Source: Candidatus Binatia bacterium (GTDB lineage Bacteria; Desulfobacterota; Binatia; UBA9968). From it: a DNA stretch of 64,000 nucleotides. The stretch lies in the NCBI GenBank assembly GCA_036000865.1, contig DASYUV010000002.1, positions 4,431-68,430 on the forward strand. Direction: 5' to 3'. Both the position numbers and the translations under genes were made by a program. Of this stretch, positions 53,708 through 62,245 are shown in pieces. Every line of letters starts with the position of its first letter. Position 1 is the first letter of the stretch. The notes below the pieces were generated by a model that had not been told where the DNA came from, searched no databases, and saw only the letters and a list, made by a program, of their open reading frames with translations.

Positions 53708-55012
53708 ATGATCAAAGTGCTCCACTATTTGAACCAGTTTTTTGCGGGTATCGGCGGTGAAGACAAGGCCGGCCACGAAGTGCTTTTCCTGCCCCACGCA
53801 GTGGGCGTGGGGGCGGTGATCGAAAATGCAGTCAAAGTTCATGCCGTAGAATACGCAACGATCCTCTGCGGCGACAACTATTTTCACGAAGAGGAAGAAA
53901 AAGCTTTGCAAGCGATTCGCGCATCGATCGATCAATTTCAACCTGACCTTTTCCTTGCCGGCCCAGCCTTCAACGCCGGCAGATACGGTCTCGCCTGCGC
54001 CAAGCTGTGCAGTTGGGTGCAGGATAACTGGCGGATACCCGCAATCACCGGAATGCACGAAGGCAATCCGGGAATCCGAGAGGTCGGCCGGCGGCTGTTC
54101 GTTATTCAAACCGGCGCCTCCGCCGCGTCGATGCCAGAAACCTTAAAGCGTTTTTCGCTGCTCATCGAAAGATTGATATCGGGAGACACAAAGGCCATCG
54201 AAGATTTCCGCGCCGAGCACTGTTTACCGATCCCGAGGCGCTTCACCATTAAAACTGACACCCCGGATTATGTCCGTGCCGTGGATCTCTTGCTTGCCAA
54301 GCTCAACGGCCAACCGTACGAAAGCGAGATCCCGCGCATCGAAGCGCAACAGGATCCGATTCCCAATTTGACCGGCAGGTTAAAAGACGCCACCGTCGCG
54401 CTGGTCACTGAAGGCGGTTTGGTGCCGAAAGGAAACCCCGATCATTTGGAAAGTTCTCGAGGCACCAGATATTTCAAATACGCGATCGGCGATCGTGACG
54501 ATCTGAAGCGCGGTGAATTCCAAGCGATGCACACCGGGTACGACACCTCCACGGTCGATGAAGATCCCGATCGTATCGTCCCCCTCGACGCCATGCGTGT
54601 GCTGGAGAAAGTCGAACGGTTCAAAAAGCTCCACGATCACTATTTCGTCACCACCGGCACCGGGGCCATGCCGAGCAAGATGGCGGAGATCGGCGCCGGA
54701 ATCGCTGACGAGCTCGCCGGCTCCGGCATCAACGCGGTCATTTTAACCGCCACGTGAGGAACCGGTACTCGTAGCGGCGCTACGATCGCCAAAGAAATCG
54801 AGAAGAGGGGAATTCCCGTGGTGCTAATCACCTGTCTCGCCAACGTCGCGTCCCAAGTTGGAATCGGCAGGATCATGGCAGGAAATAAGTTTCACTATCC
54901 GGTCGGACAGCCCCAGCTGCCCCCCGCAGAAGAGCTGCGCTGGCGCGTCGCCCTCATCGAAAAGGCCCTCGTCTCGCTGGAAACAGCGGTCGAAGAGCCC
55001 AAGATTTTCTAA
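53708..55012 (+). CDS. Selenoprotein B of the glycine/sarcosine/betaine/D-proline reductase family (GrdB/GrdH-like), UGA-Sec at codon 350 (54755-54757)
   Basis: The 349-aa ORF ending at TGA 54757 and the 64-aa ORF 54818..55012 are in the same frame. Read-through gives 434 aa with a GrdB-type N-terminus MIKVLHYLNQFFAGIGGEDKAG and the Sec region AVILTAT-U-GTGTRSGATIAKEIEKRGIPVV. Length and Sec position match GrdB-type proteins. Confidence 0.85.
54764..54790 (+). promoter_or_regulatory. Candidate bacterial SECIS hairpin of the selenoprotein-B mRNA
   Basis: A perfect 6-bp stem CGUAGC-GGC-GCUACG (54770-54784) starts 12 nt after the UGA. It can be extended by GGU/GCC pairing across a 3x3 internal loop. 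Confidence 0.5.
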
Positions 55013-55240
55013 ACCAAGGCGAACGTTATGGTCAAAAAACGCGCCTAGCACTTGTAATTTTGTGGCCAAAGCAAAGCAGGCAGGATAACTGGCAAATCAA
55101 GTGTATTTGCGTCTATTCGACAACGCCTTAATTTTCAGGATCTAAAAATTTGATAGCCGAATTTGTTTGGTGAGAGCCAGCGGTGTTCCGCGGGACAGCA
55201 ATGTTGTATCCCAATGAGGGTGGATAGTTTTCTGTAACTA

Positions 55241-55363
55241 CTATCGAAAGTTCTTAACAGGCCGTCTATGTCTTCTTTTCTTGGCTATACCGAGAAAACT
55301 TATTGCCGCAAAAATCGGTATAGCGACGGCGATTAACAACATGATTATGACGTCAAGATACAT
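55241..55363 (-). CDS. Possible 40-aa single-pass membrane peptide in an AT-rich patch
   Basis: MYLDVIIMLLIAVAIPIFAAISFLGIAKKRRHRRPVKNFR. GAGAGGAAAC lies just upstream of the ATG. It is too short for the ORF track and has no homology support. Confidence 0.3.
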   Translation of the reverse strand: MYLDVIIMLLIAVAIPIFAAISFLGIAKKRRHRRPVKNFR

Positions 55364-55663
55364 GGCGTTTCCTCTCTAACATCAGCCGTGAGCAACAGCG
55401 ATGCCAGCGACGAAATTACAGCAGATCCATTAGTTAGCTTGTGTCTATCGCCAGAAAGCGCCTGTCGAGTCACGGTGTCGATGCCAGAATTGACATGACG
55501 CACACCGAAGAATTCTTTGCGTGTAAAAAAAATAAAGGCTCTAGGCCCCGATTGCCACCCAAGTCCCCCAATTGCATTCACTCGGACGCATGTAGTATTC
55601 GAAATAAGCGTTAGGGCACAGAAGGCTAGGCCAAGGCGCAGGCAAAGAAACCGGAGGTGGACA

Positions 55664-56068
55664 ATGGCACGGATTCGGCACATTGCGATAGGCACACGGG
55701 ACCCAGAGGCGACGGCGCGGTTCTACATCGAGGGCCTCGGCTTGAAGCAAGTGGGTAAGGTCAACACGCCAACCTCTGAGGGCTATTACCTCAGCGACGG
55801 CCACGTAAACCTCGCGATCCTGAAATTCAAGTACGACGACCCCGCTACGACAGAGGGTGCGCCCAGGTACACTGGCTTGCACCATTTCGGCGTCGAAGTA
55901 GAGGACATGACGGAGGCACGGGCACGAATCGAGAAGGCCGGTGCCGTGCATCGCCCTTACCCGGGAACGGATGAGATGGCGAAGCGAGGCAACGTCGAGG
56001 TCAAGTTCACGGTGCCGGACGGCGTGACGGTTGACCTCTCCGAGCACGGCTGGCTCGGCACCAAGTAA
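55664..56068 (+). CDS. VOC (glyoxalase) family protein
   Basis: MARIRHIAIGTRDPEATARFYIEGLGLK...LHHFGVEVEDM. ATG 55664 has GGAGGTGG upstream. The ORF track starts far upstream at 55517. Confidence 0.8.
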   Translation: MARIRHIAIGTRDPEATARFYIEGLGLKQVGKVNTPTSEGYYLSDGHVNLAILKFKYDDPATTEGAPRYTGLHHFGVEVEDMTEARARIEKAGAVHRPYPGTDEMAKRGNVEVKFTVPDGVTVDLSEHGWLGTK

Positions 56069-56305
56069 TCAGCGGCTCGCGCGGCCAGCTCCTACCACGA
56101 TCACCGCGAGGATCAAATGTTTATTGTCGATCCTCGCGGCTCGAAGTAGTCAGCGGCGAGCCGATAATGCTCACACATGAAGATTCCGACTCCCACATCA
56201 CTAATCTCCCGGTGGATGACGCGCTTGATGATGTATCCACTGAATTTCTACATCCATTAAGAATTGCCCTTCGTCCATCTACCGCATAGATATGATTCCT
56301 ACTTC

Positions 56306-56517
56306 GCAGCAATCGAACTGAACCGCCCTCGGCTCCAAGCCGAGGGGTTCCTCAATGGTCGAGTGGAAGTCGATTCTTGTCCCCGTCATTCCGGCCCTTC
56401 GACTGCGCTCAGGATAGACTCCAGCCGGAATCCAGGCGGTTTTTGCACTCGAACTGAAAACGAATCTGGATGCCGGCGAGAGTTTATCCTGAGCCCATCG
56501 AAGGACCGGCATGATGA
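56306..56517. repeat. Family B repeat, reversed copy with extra module and a nested forward partial copy
   Basis: 56306-56382 is the reverse of the 26382-26450 module (..ccCTCGGCTccaAGCCGAGggg..). 56383-56478 is the reversed B core (ccgtcattccggcccttcgac..ctcaggatagactccagccggaatccag..ctggatgccggcg). 56480-56517 is a forward partial copy (agtttatcctgagcccatcgaaggaccggcatgatg). Confidence 0.75.
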
Positions 56518-56729
56518 ACTTTCACTTCGCCTGAAGGCGAGGGATTTTATACGATCCCCGAGAGGGACATCAGGGTCATCCGCTTGTCTGACCGGCGAGC
56601 CGGCCTCGTCATTCCGCCCGTCAAAGCGATTCCTTTTCGCCTAATCACCGCGTTACGTCGCGGGCTTTTGCTTACAGGCATAAATCGTTATTTTGGTGCA
56701 CTGCATCATAGCCACGATGGGAGGCCTGC

Positions 56730-57599
56730 ATGAAAATGGATTCCGACGATTTCCGCGTACCCGAGGACAAACAAGTGAACCTTGGAAAATGGCCGACCGA
56801 GATGCAACCCTATTACAAATCAAAAAAGCACCTAAAAACTTTACTCCGCGAGCGAATCGATAAGATGAGCGATCTGCAAACTCTTCTCTACGCATCAGAT
56901 CGTTACGCGGTACTGCTAATTTTTCAGGCGATGGACGCCGCCGGTAAGGACAGCGCAATCAAGCATGTGATGTCGGGAGTCAACCCACAAGGCTGCCAGG
57001 TCTTCAGTTTCAAGCATCCGAGCGGCGAGGAATTGGATCATGATTTTCTCTGGCGCACGGCACGGGCCCTCCCCGAAAGAGGGCGCATCGGTATTTTCAA
57101 CCGTTCGTACTATGAAGAGGTCTTGATTGTTCGGGTTCATCCCGAGCTTCTTCACGCGGAGAGACTTCCCGATGAAGCTCTCAACGAAAAGACCATTTGG
57201 CGTGAGCGCTTTCGTTCGATCCGCCACTTCGAGGCGCATCTGCATCGCAACGGGACACGGATCGTCAAGTTCTTTCTCCATCTGTCGAAAGAGGAACAGC
57301 GCAAGCGTTTTCTCGCCCGCATTGACGAGCCAGATAAAAATTGGAAATTCAACCAAACGGATGTCGAGGAAAGGAAATATTGGAACGAGTATATGAAAGC
57401 GTATCAGGCCTGCCTGAGCGCCACCAGTACCGCCGATTCGCCGTGGTACGCGGTTCCTGCGGACGACAAAAGGAATGCCCGGCTGATCATCTCGCAGATC
57501 ATCGTAGATACTCTGCAGAGTTTAAAGATGGAATACCCGCAACTCACGAAAGAACAGCGGAACGAACTGCAAGCGCTACGTAAGTTGCTCGCAAAGTAA
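56730..57599 (+). CDS. ppk2: Polyphosphate kinase 2 family protein
   Basis: PPK2 Walker-A-like block [16 protein letters not shown], then [24 protein letters not shown] and the lid region. GGAGG lies upstream of the ATG. Confidence 0.9.
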   Translation: MKMDSDDFRVPEDKQVNLGKWPTEMQPYYKSKKHLKTLLRERIDKMSDLQTLLYASDRYAVLLIFQAMDAAGKDSAIKHVMSGVNPQGCQVFSFKHPSGEELDHDFLWRTARALPERGRIGIFNRSYYEEVLIVRVHPELLHAERLPDEALNEKTIWRERFRSIRHFEAHLHRNGTRIVKFFLHLSKEEQRKRFLARIDEPDKNWKFNQTDVEERKYWNEYMKAYQACLSATSTADSPWYAVPADDKRNARLIISQIIVDTLQSLKMEYPQLTKEQRNELQALRKLLAK

Positions 57600-57618
57600 C
57601 TTTTGCGGACAACCCCCG

Positions 57619-57909
57619 CTACTTTATCTCATATCGTTTTACTGTCGCGCTTCCGCCCTGCAACCCGCGCGCGTGTTTCTGAATTTCCGAATGCGCTTCA
57701 CTTGCCCGGTACTTATCGATGTTCGCCTGGCTATCCCATTCCGAGTACGAGATGAATTCGCCCGGCGCGTCGACGCATTCCAAAAGTTTCTCCGACAGGC
57801 AACCGGGCTGTTTAATCATCAACGGAGCACAATGATTCTTCCACAGATTGACCGCATCGTTAACCTGGTTGGGTTTTACCGTTACGTATATGAGTCTGAC
57901 GATCGACAT
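57619..57909 (-). CDS. Antibiotic-biosynthesis-monooxygenase (ABM) domain protein
   Basis: 96 aa with a ferredoxin-like ABM pattern (IVRLIYVTVKP...FISYSEWDSQANIDKYRASEAH). Confidence 0.75.
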   Translation of the reverse strand: MSIVRLIYVTVKPNQVNDAVNLWKNHCAPLMIKQPGCLSEKLLECVDAPGEFISYSEWDSQANIDKYRASEAHSEIQKHARGLQGGSATVKRYEIK

Positions 57910-58105
57910 GAGAACCTCCTTCTAACGAGTAGAAAGTAGCACTGCCAATCCGGAATTGGAAGTTTTAATTTCCAAGTGACATTGAAAATTGAGCGTTAGA
58001 CGAGACCACACTTAATTGGCGACAGTAGGTCGGAAAAATCGACAGCGGGTAGCCAGACGCGGCCCGATATTCGGCTGGGATCTGGCAGATTTGGATACGC
58101 CGATT

Positions 58106-58146
58106 CCCCGGCGTCATGCGACCTCAATCGACCATGACGCCGAGGG
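58106..58146. terminator. Long hairpin downstream of the PepSY-like gene pair
   Basis: CCCCGGCGTCATG-N14-CATGACGCCGaGGG, a 13-bp stem with one bulge, followed on the plus strand by tttatccgttttgtt. Confidence 0.4.
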
Positions 58147-58162
58147 TTTATCCGTTTTGTTA

Positions 58163-58456
58163 TTAGCGTCGCGCTTGTCGCTGCTGCTCTAATGCTTTTT
58201 CAGTGGCGTCGGTCTTCCACGCGTTGGTCACAACATCGACTTTGGTGGATTTGTGACTATTTTTATCAAGATCGATTTGAACCTCGTATGAAGTGTCGTT
58301 CTTCACGATCTCGTATTCGACATAGTCCGGCCTATCGTAGTTAACCGAAGTGATTTTCCAGCCCATCTTTTCCAGCTCGCGACGGTAAAAAGCCTTCTCT
58401 TCGCCTGTTTTCAACACCTGCTCGATCTTTTCCTTTTCATTTTTCGAAGACTTCAT
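58163..58456 (-). CDS. Small PepSY-like domain protein (copy 2, no signal peptide)
   Basis: KEKIEQVLKTGEEKAFYRRELEKMGWKITSVNYDRPDYVEYEIVKNDTSYEVQIDLDKNSHKSTKVDVVTNAWKTDATEKAL. It is a tandem paralog of the upstream gene. ATGA overlap. Confidence 0.6.
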   Translation of the reverse strand: MKSSKNEKEKIEQVLKTGEEKAFYRRELEKMGWKITSVNYDRPDYVEYEIVKNDTSYEVQIDLDKNSHKSTKVDVVTNAWKTDATEKALEQQRQARR

Positions 58457-58915
58457 CCGGTCTCGGTCACTGAAACGCTCCGGATTGGCAGTAGTTCGCT
58501 CGGGTATTCGACCCGTGCCTCTCGCTTTTTCAGAGCTTGTTTGGTCGCGTCAGTCTTCCAGGCGTTCGTCGTGACGTCGACTTTGGTGGACTTATGACTG
58601 TTCTTGTCCACATCGATTTGAACTTCAAAGCTCTGATCGCCTTTGACGATCTCGTATTCCAGATAATCAGGCTTGTCGTAATTGACCGATGTGATTTGCC
58701 AACCCATTTTTTTCCAACTCACGGCGGTAGAATGCTTTCTCCTCGCCCGTTTTTAGCGCCTGTTCGAGTTTTTCTTTGTCATCTTTCGCTGACTTCATCC
58801 GATCTCTGTCACTATACTTGCTGTTATCATCGGCTGCGGCGCTCGGAACGGTCACGGGGATTGATACCAGCATACCGCCTACAACGATACTCAATAGGAC
58901 CCTTTCTAATCTCAT
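58453..58915 (-). pseudogene. Small PepSY-like domain protein (copy 1, with signal peptide), frameshifted in an A7/T7 run
   Basis: MRLERVLLSIVVGGMLVSIPVTVPSAAA...KAFYRRELEK is in one frame. MGWQITSVNYDKPDYLEYEIVKGDQSFEVQIDVDKNSHKSTKVDVTTNAWKTDATKQAL is in the next. The shift lies in the 7-T run at 58707-58713 (GAAAAAAATGG; with six A it reads EKMGW as in copy 2). Confidence 0.6.
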
Positions 58916-58972
58916 GGCTTCTGCCTCCTTAAATGACTACTTACTGTTAGTTCCTGGTTCTGAGAAAATCCG

Positions 58973-59137
58973 CTAACTCATTCGTCCGCGGCCCATGAAC
59001 AGACTGGCGACGAACAGCACAATGAAGATGACGAATAGCGCCCACGCAATCTGAGTCGCAGCGCCAGCGATGCCGGTGAACCCGAGAACGGCCGCGATAA
59101 GACCTATAACGAGAAACGTTATCGACCAACTCAGCAT
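58973..59137 (-). CDS. DUF1328 (UPF0391/YtjA-like) small membrane protein
   Basis: 54 aa: [62 protein letters not shown] lies upstream. It is below the ORF-track length cut-off. Confidence 0.8.
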   Translation of the reverse strand: MLSWSITFLVIGLIAAVLGFTGIAGAATQIAWALFVIFIVLFVASLFMGRGRMS

Positions 59138-59533
59138 GATCCGTGTCCTCCTTTCTACATAGTGACTACGCTACCTACTAGGGGAGCAACTCATATGCCA
59201 TCTGTCGCCGCGAAAAAGGCATCCGCCGAAAATCCGACTATTTAAGTCTCCTCGATGGTAACACCCGCACCACAAACGGATGGTCTAATCAAAATGTCGT
59301 TCGGTGTTTTACGACATGAAGTCAGGACCAGCGTGCGCAAAATTCCATACAGCTCGATCCGCGAAGGCAAGTCTGTTGATCCTCATGGGTGGAATTCTTT
59401 GCCTGCTGTCGTATTCGCGCCGGTCAACCGCTATAAGAAGATAACTCTCGGTCGGGTTATCCGATCCCGTGATCTAACGGCATCAGGAAGCAATCAATCG
59501 TTGATGAACGAATTTACCAAGGTCGGGGAACGG

Positions 59534-60613
59534 ATGCCCGGCATATTAAAGGCACTGGCTCTAGGTATCCCGGCGGGCTACTTGTTTCATCGTCTGCACA
59601 CGCCGATTCCTTGGATGATTGGCCCGATGGTGGCGGTCGCGACGCTTAATTTACTGGGCGTGCAAATGCACTCGCCACCTTATGCTCGGCAAATGGGCCA
59701 GGTGATCCTCGGTTCGGCGGTGTCGCTCTATTTTACGCCGACGGTGGTGAAAGCATTAGCCGCCAACTTGCCGGCGATTATGGCGGCGACCGTCGCGGTC
59801 TTCTTAGTCGCGGGGCTCGGCGCGCTCATCTTGAGCCGGGCCTCGGGAGTGGACGGTAAGTCCACTTTCTTCGCTTCTGTGCCGGGTGGCGCCATGGCGA
59901 TGGCCGTATTGGCGGATCGTTACGGTACTCAGATCGCGCCCGTCGCGGTTGCGCATAGCCTGCGCGTCTCGGTGGTCGTCATTCTGATCCCTTTCGCTCT
60001 GGCCTACGGTGGCTTTCCGCTGGAGGCATCCGCGTACCGGCCGAGTGTGCCGCTCGATTATTCGTTACTGGCCCCGTGGCTGGCCGTCGGCTGTGTATTG
60101 GGCGAGGTCTCGGAGCGGTTCCGGTTTAACAATGGCTATCTGCTGATGCCGATTTTTTGCGGCGCGGCGCTCACAGTGAGCGGCTTTCAGATTTCTGCCG
60201 TACCGCGCTGGATGACGGAGTTCGCGCAACTGATGTTTGGCCTGGTGTTAGGAGCGCGTTACGACCGCGCCTTCTTCGCCCGTTACAAGTTATTTATCCC
60301 GTTCGCGCTGCTGAACTCTTTTTTTATACTGGTCGCTTCGGTCGCGGCCGGTGCCTTTCTCGCGTGGTTCTTTGACCTGCCTATCGCCACCATGATCATC
60401 GCCACATCGCCCGGCGGCTTGGCCGAAATGACCATCACCGCGCAAGCGCTGCAGATCAGCGTGCCCTTGGTCGTCGCCTTCCATTTGTTCCGCGTCGTCG
60501 TCGTCAACATCGGCACGCAATATATTTACTCGTTCGGCGCGGCATTGCTGGACAGACGTCCGAGCCGCGTAAAGAAGCAGGCGCGCGGGCCGACGTCAAC
60601 GACTCAACTTTGA
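59534..60613 (+). CDS. AbrB-family (AbrB_dup, putative ammonia-monooxygenase-like) membrane protein
   Basis: About 10 TM segments with an internal duplication. The pattern IPAGYLFHRLHTPIPWMIGPM...SPGGLAEMTITA is typical of PF05145. The start is uncertain (ATG 59534 or 59504; ORF track 59255). Confidence 0.75.
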   Translation: MPGILKALALGIPAGYLFHRLHTPIPWMIGPMVAVATLNLLGVQMHSPPYARQMGQVILGSAVSLYFTPTVVKALAANLPAIMAATVAVFLVAGLGALILSRASGVDGKSTFFASVPGGAMAMAVLADRYGTQIAPVAVAHSLRVSVVVILIPFALAYGGFPLEASAYRPSVPLDYSLLAPWLAVGCVLGEVSERFRFNNGYLLMPIFCGAALTVSGFQISAVPRWMTEFAQLMFGLVLGARYDRAFFARYKLFIPFALLNSFFILVASVAAGAFLAWFFDLPIATMIIATSPGGLAEMTITAQALQISVPLVVAFHLFRVVVVNIGTQYIYSFGAALLDRRPSRVKKQARGPTSTTQL

Positions 60614-60750
60614 TCCGGGATTTGTTTTTGGGCGGTGTCTCCCGGAATGAAGGCACTGGTTGCGGTGGAAAGAATGACGGTTCGTGCCGGCGTAAAACTA
60701 GGCGATAGAGAGAACCGCAATGCGGGCCGCCGCGCTCATTGTTTCATACT

Positions 60751-60890
60751 AGTGAACTGTAACAGTTGATTGGCATCAGAGTTTTAAAGACCCTTTGACG
60801 AGCTCAGGGCGAACGGCCAAAGGATTGATCGTTCGTGGTGAGGCTGTCGAATCATGAACGGTAGACGCTATCTGAGCGCTACAGTTCACT
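60751..60890. repeat. MITE-like element bounded by an 11-bp inverted repeat (family F)
   Basis: AGTGAACTGTA (60751-60761) and TACAGTTCACT (60880-60890) flank ..ccctttgacgagctcagggcgaacggccaaagg..gttcgtggtgaggctgtcgaatcatgaacgg.. A related gtggtgagccccgtcgaatcacc insert occurs in repeat A1. Confidence 0.5.
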
Positions 60891-60895
60891 GTGCC

Positions 60896-61243
60896 TCACA
60901 CCGGCCAGCCATGCTGCGACAGGTCGATCAGGTTGCCGTCTGGGTCGGCGACGCGGTATTCCGCTTCGCGGTTCGGCGGCCGCTTTTGAATTTCCGTAGC
61001 GGCGCCCAGTTCCTTACATACCGATTTTAAAGCTTCGACATCGTCGACCTCAATGCCAAAATGATAGAGTCCCTCTTTGTAATGCGGCCGCTTCTCGATA
61101 ATGGCGAGATTGATGTAGCCGTCGGTTAGATAAATTGCCGGACCCACGCCGTCGATTACCTTCATGCCAAAAGCTACCGTATAAAATTTGACCAGACGCT
61201 CGCGATTTTCCGAAACGATCGCCAAGTGGCGGATACGTGCCAT
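60896..61243 (-). CDS. VOC (glyoxalase) family protein
   Basis: MARIRHLAIVSENRERLVKFYTVAFGMKV...LYHFGIEVDDV...DPDGNLIDL. It is a paralog of 55664..56068. Confidence 0.8.
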   Translation of the reverse strand: MARIRHLAIVSENRERLVKFYTVAFGMKVIDGVGPAIYLTDGYINLAIIEKRPHYKEGLYHFGIEVDDVEALKSVCKELGAATEIQKRPPNREAEYRVADPDGNLIDLSQHGWPV

Positions 61244-61265
61244 GAACAAAGTCTCCTTTCACGAT

Positions 61266-62237
61266 TTACTTGTACAACCGATCAATGAATCCTTCATCCC
61301 TTAAACGTTGAATCGAACCGAAATAAAGATACTTCTTGATATCGAGGCCAGCGAGCTTGGGCGCGATACGATAGGTGATCTCAAGGGTGTTTTGAATGGC
61401 CTTATCGTTGGGGATCGGCACCCGGTCGAGCCCGTTGGCGTAGCCCTCATAGGCACTTTCTATCGTCTTCGTGTCTACCGTCCTCATGTACTTGCGCAGC
61501 GCTCCAATCGTCTTCGGCCGGTCCTTTATAATGGCAGCAATGGCGGCGACGTACGACCGCACGACACGGTAGATCAGCGTGGGATTATCCTCGGCGTATT
61601 TGCGCGTAGTCCATAGGGCATCGATGATCAGCGGGATGGGCTCGACTTCGATGATATTGAGACCCTTTTCCTGGGCTGTTGGCACCATCCCTTTGGAGAT
61701 GGGCGCCGCCTGAACCCTTCCTCCCGAAAGCGCCGCCAAGCGCGACATAGTGCCGCCGACGGCGAGATAGATTACGTCCTTGTCCGGGTCCAAGCCGTTG
61801 TTCTTGACCACCATGCGCGCGATCTCGCCGGCTCGCCCGCCGATTTGCGAGATGCCGACGATCTTGCCCTTGAGATCTTGAATTCGCCTGATCTCTTTGG
61901 CAACCGCAAAAACATAAGGCAAAATATTTTTTGCCGACGCAACCAAAACGATGTCGGCTCCACCGCCCACTGCGGCAAGAGCCGAAACGGCGTCCCCCGC
62001 CATGAACTGAGTATGACCCGAGAGCAGACTTTGGATCGACAATCGGCCACCTTCCATGTAGATAAGCTTTGCGTCGACGCCGTTCTCCTTAAAAAAGCCG
62101 CCTTCTCGCGCCAGCCACAAGCTCGACGACTCCCCGGTCAAACCTGGATACGAGATCGCGATCTCCTCGGCACCGAGCTGCCTGTACCAAAAGCAGATAA
62201 CGACAACCGCGAGGCAGAGGCACAGCCACTTTTTCAT
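61266..62237 (-). CDS. NMT1/THI5-like ABC substrate-binding protein, orphan
   Basis: Signal peptide MKKWLCLCLAVVVICFWYRQLGA. The C-terminus RDEGFIDRLYK is shared with the paralogs. ATG 62237 is preceded by GAGGAG. Confidence 0.85.
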   Translation of the reverse strand: MKKWLCLCLAVVVICFWYRQLGAEEIAISYPGLTGESSSLWLAREGGFFKENGVDAKLIYMEGGRLSIQSLLSGHTQFMAGDAVSALAAVGGGADIVLVASAKNILPYVFAVAKEIRRIQDLKGKIVGISQIGGRAGEIARMVVKNNGLDPDKDVIYLAVGGTMSRLAALSGGRVQAAPISKGMVPTAQEKGLNIIEVEPIPLIIDALWTTRKYAEDNPTLIYRVVRSYVAAIAAIIKDRPKTIGALRKYMRTVDTKTIESAYEGYANGLDRVPIPNDKAIQNTLEITYRIAPKLAGLDIKKYLYFGSIQRLRDEGFIDRLYK

Positions 62238-62245
62238 GACGCCGA

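Noticed and set aside
55345-55695. The 116-aa minus-strand ORF 55345..55695
   Set aside because: It overlaps the start and RBS of the VOC gene in antisense, has no RBS of its own and looks like low-complexity hydrophobic sequence. Only the separate 40-aa ORF at 55241..55363 is retained, at low confidence.
56121-56312. Possible degraded gene (toxin or transposase fragment) between the VOC gene and repeat B4. One minus-strand frame reads ..FSGYIIKRVIHREISDVGVGIFMCEHYRLAADYFEPRG..
   Set aside because: I could not assign it to any family from memory. It is short and interrupted by stops in every frame, so it is left unannotated. A six-frame HMM search would settle it.
6393-56517. Repeated intergenic elements as a CRISPR array
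   Set aside because: The copies are dispersed tens of kb apart, are 100-200 nt long, are internally structured and are not separated by regular unique spacers. No cas genes are present.
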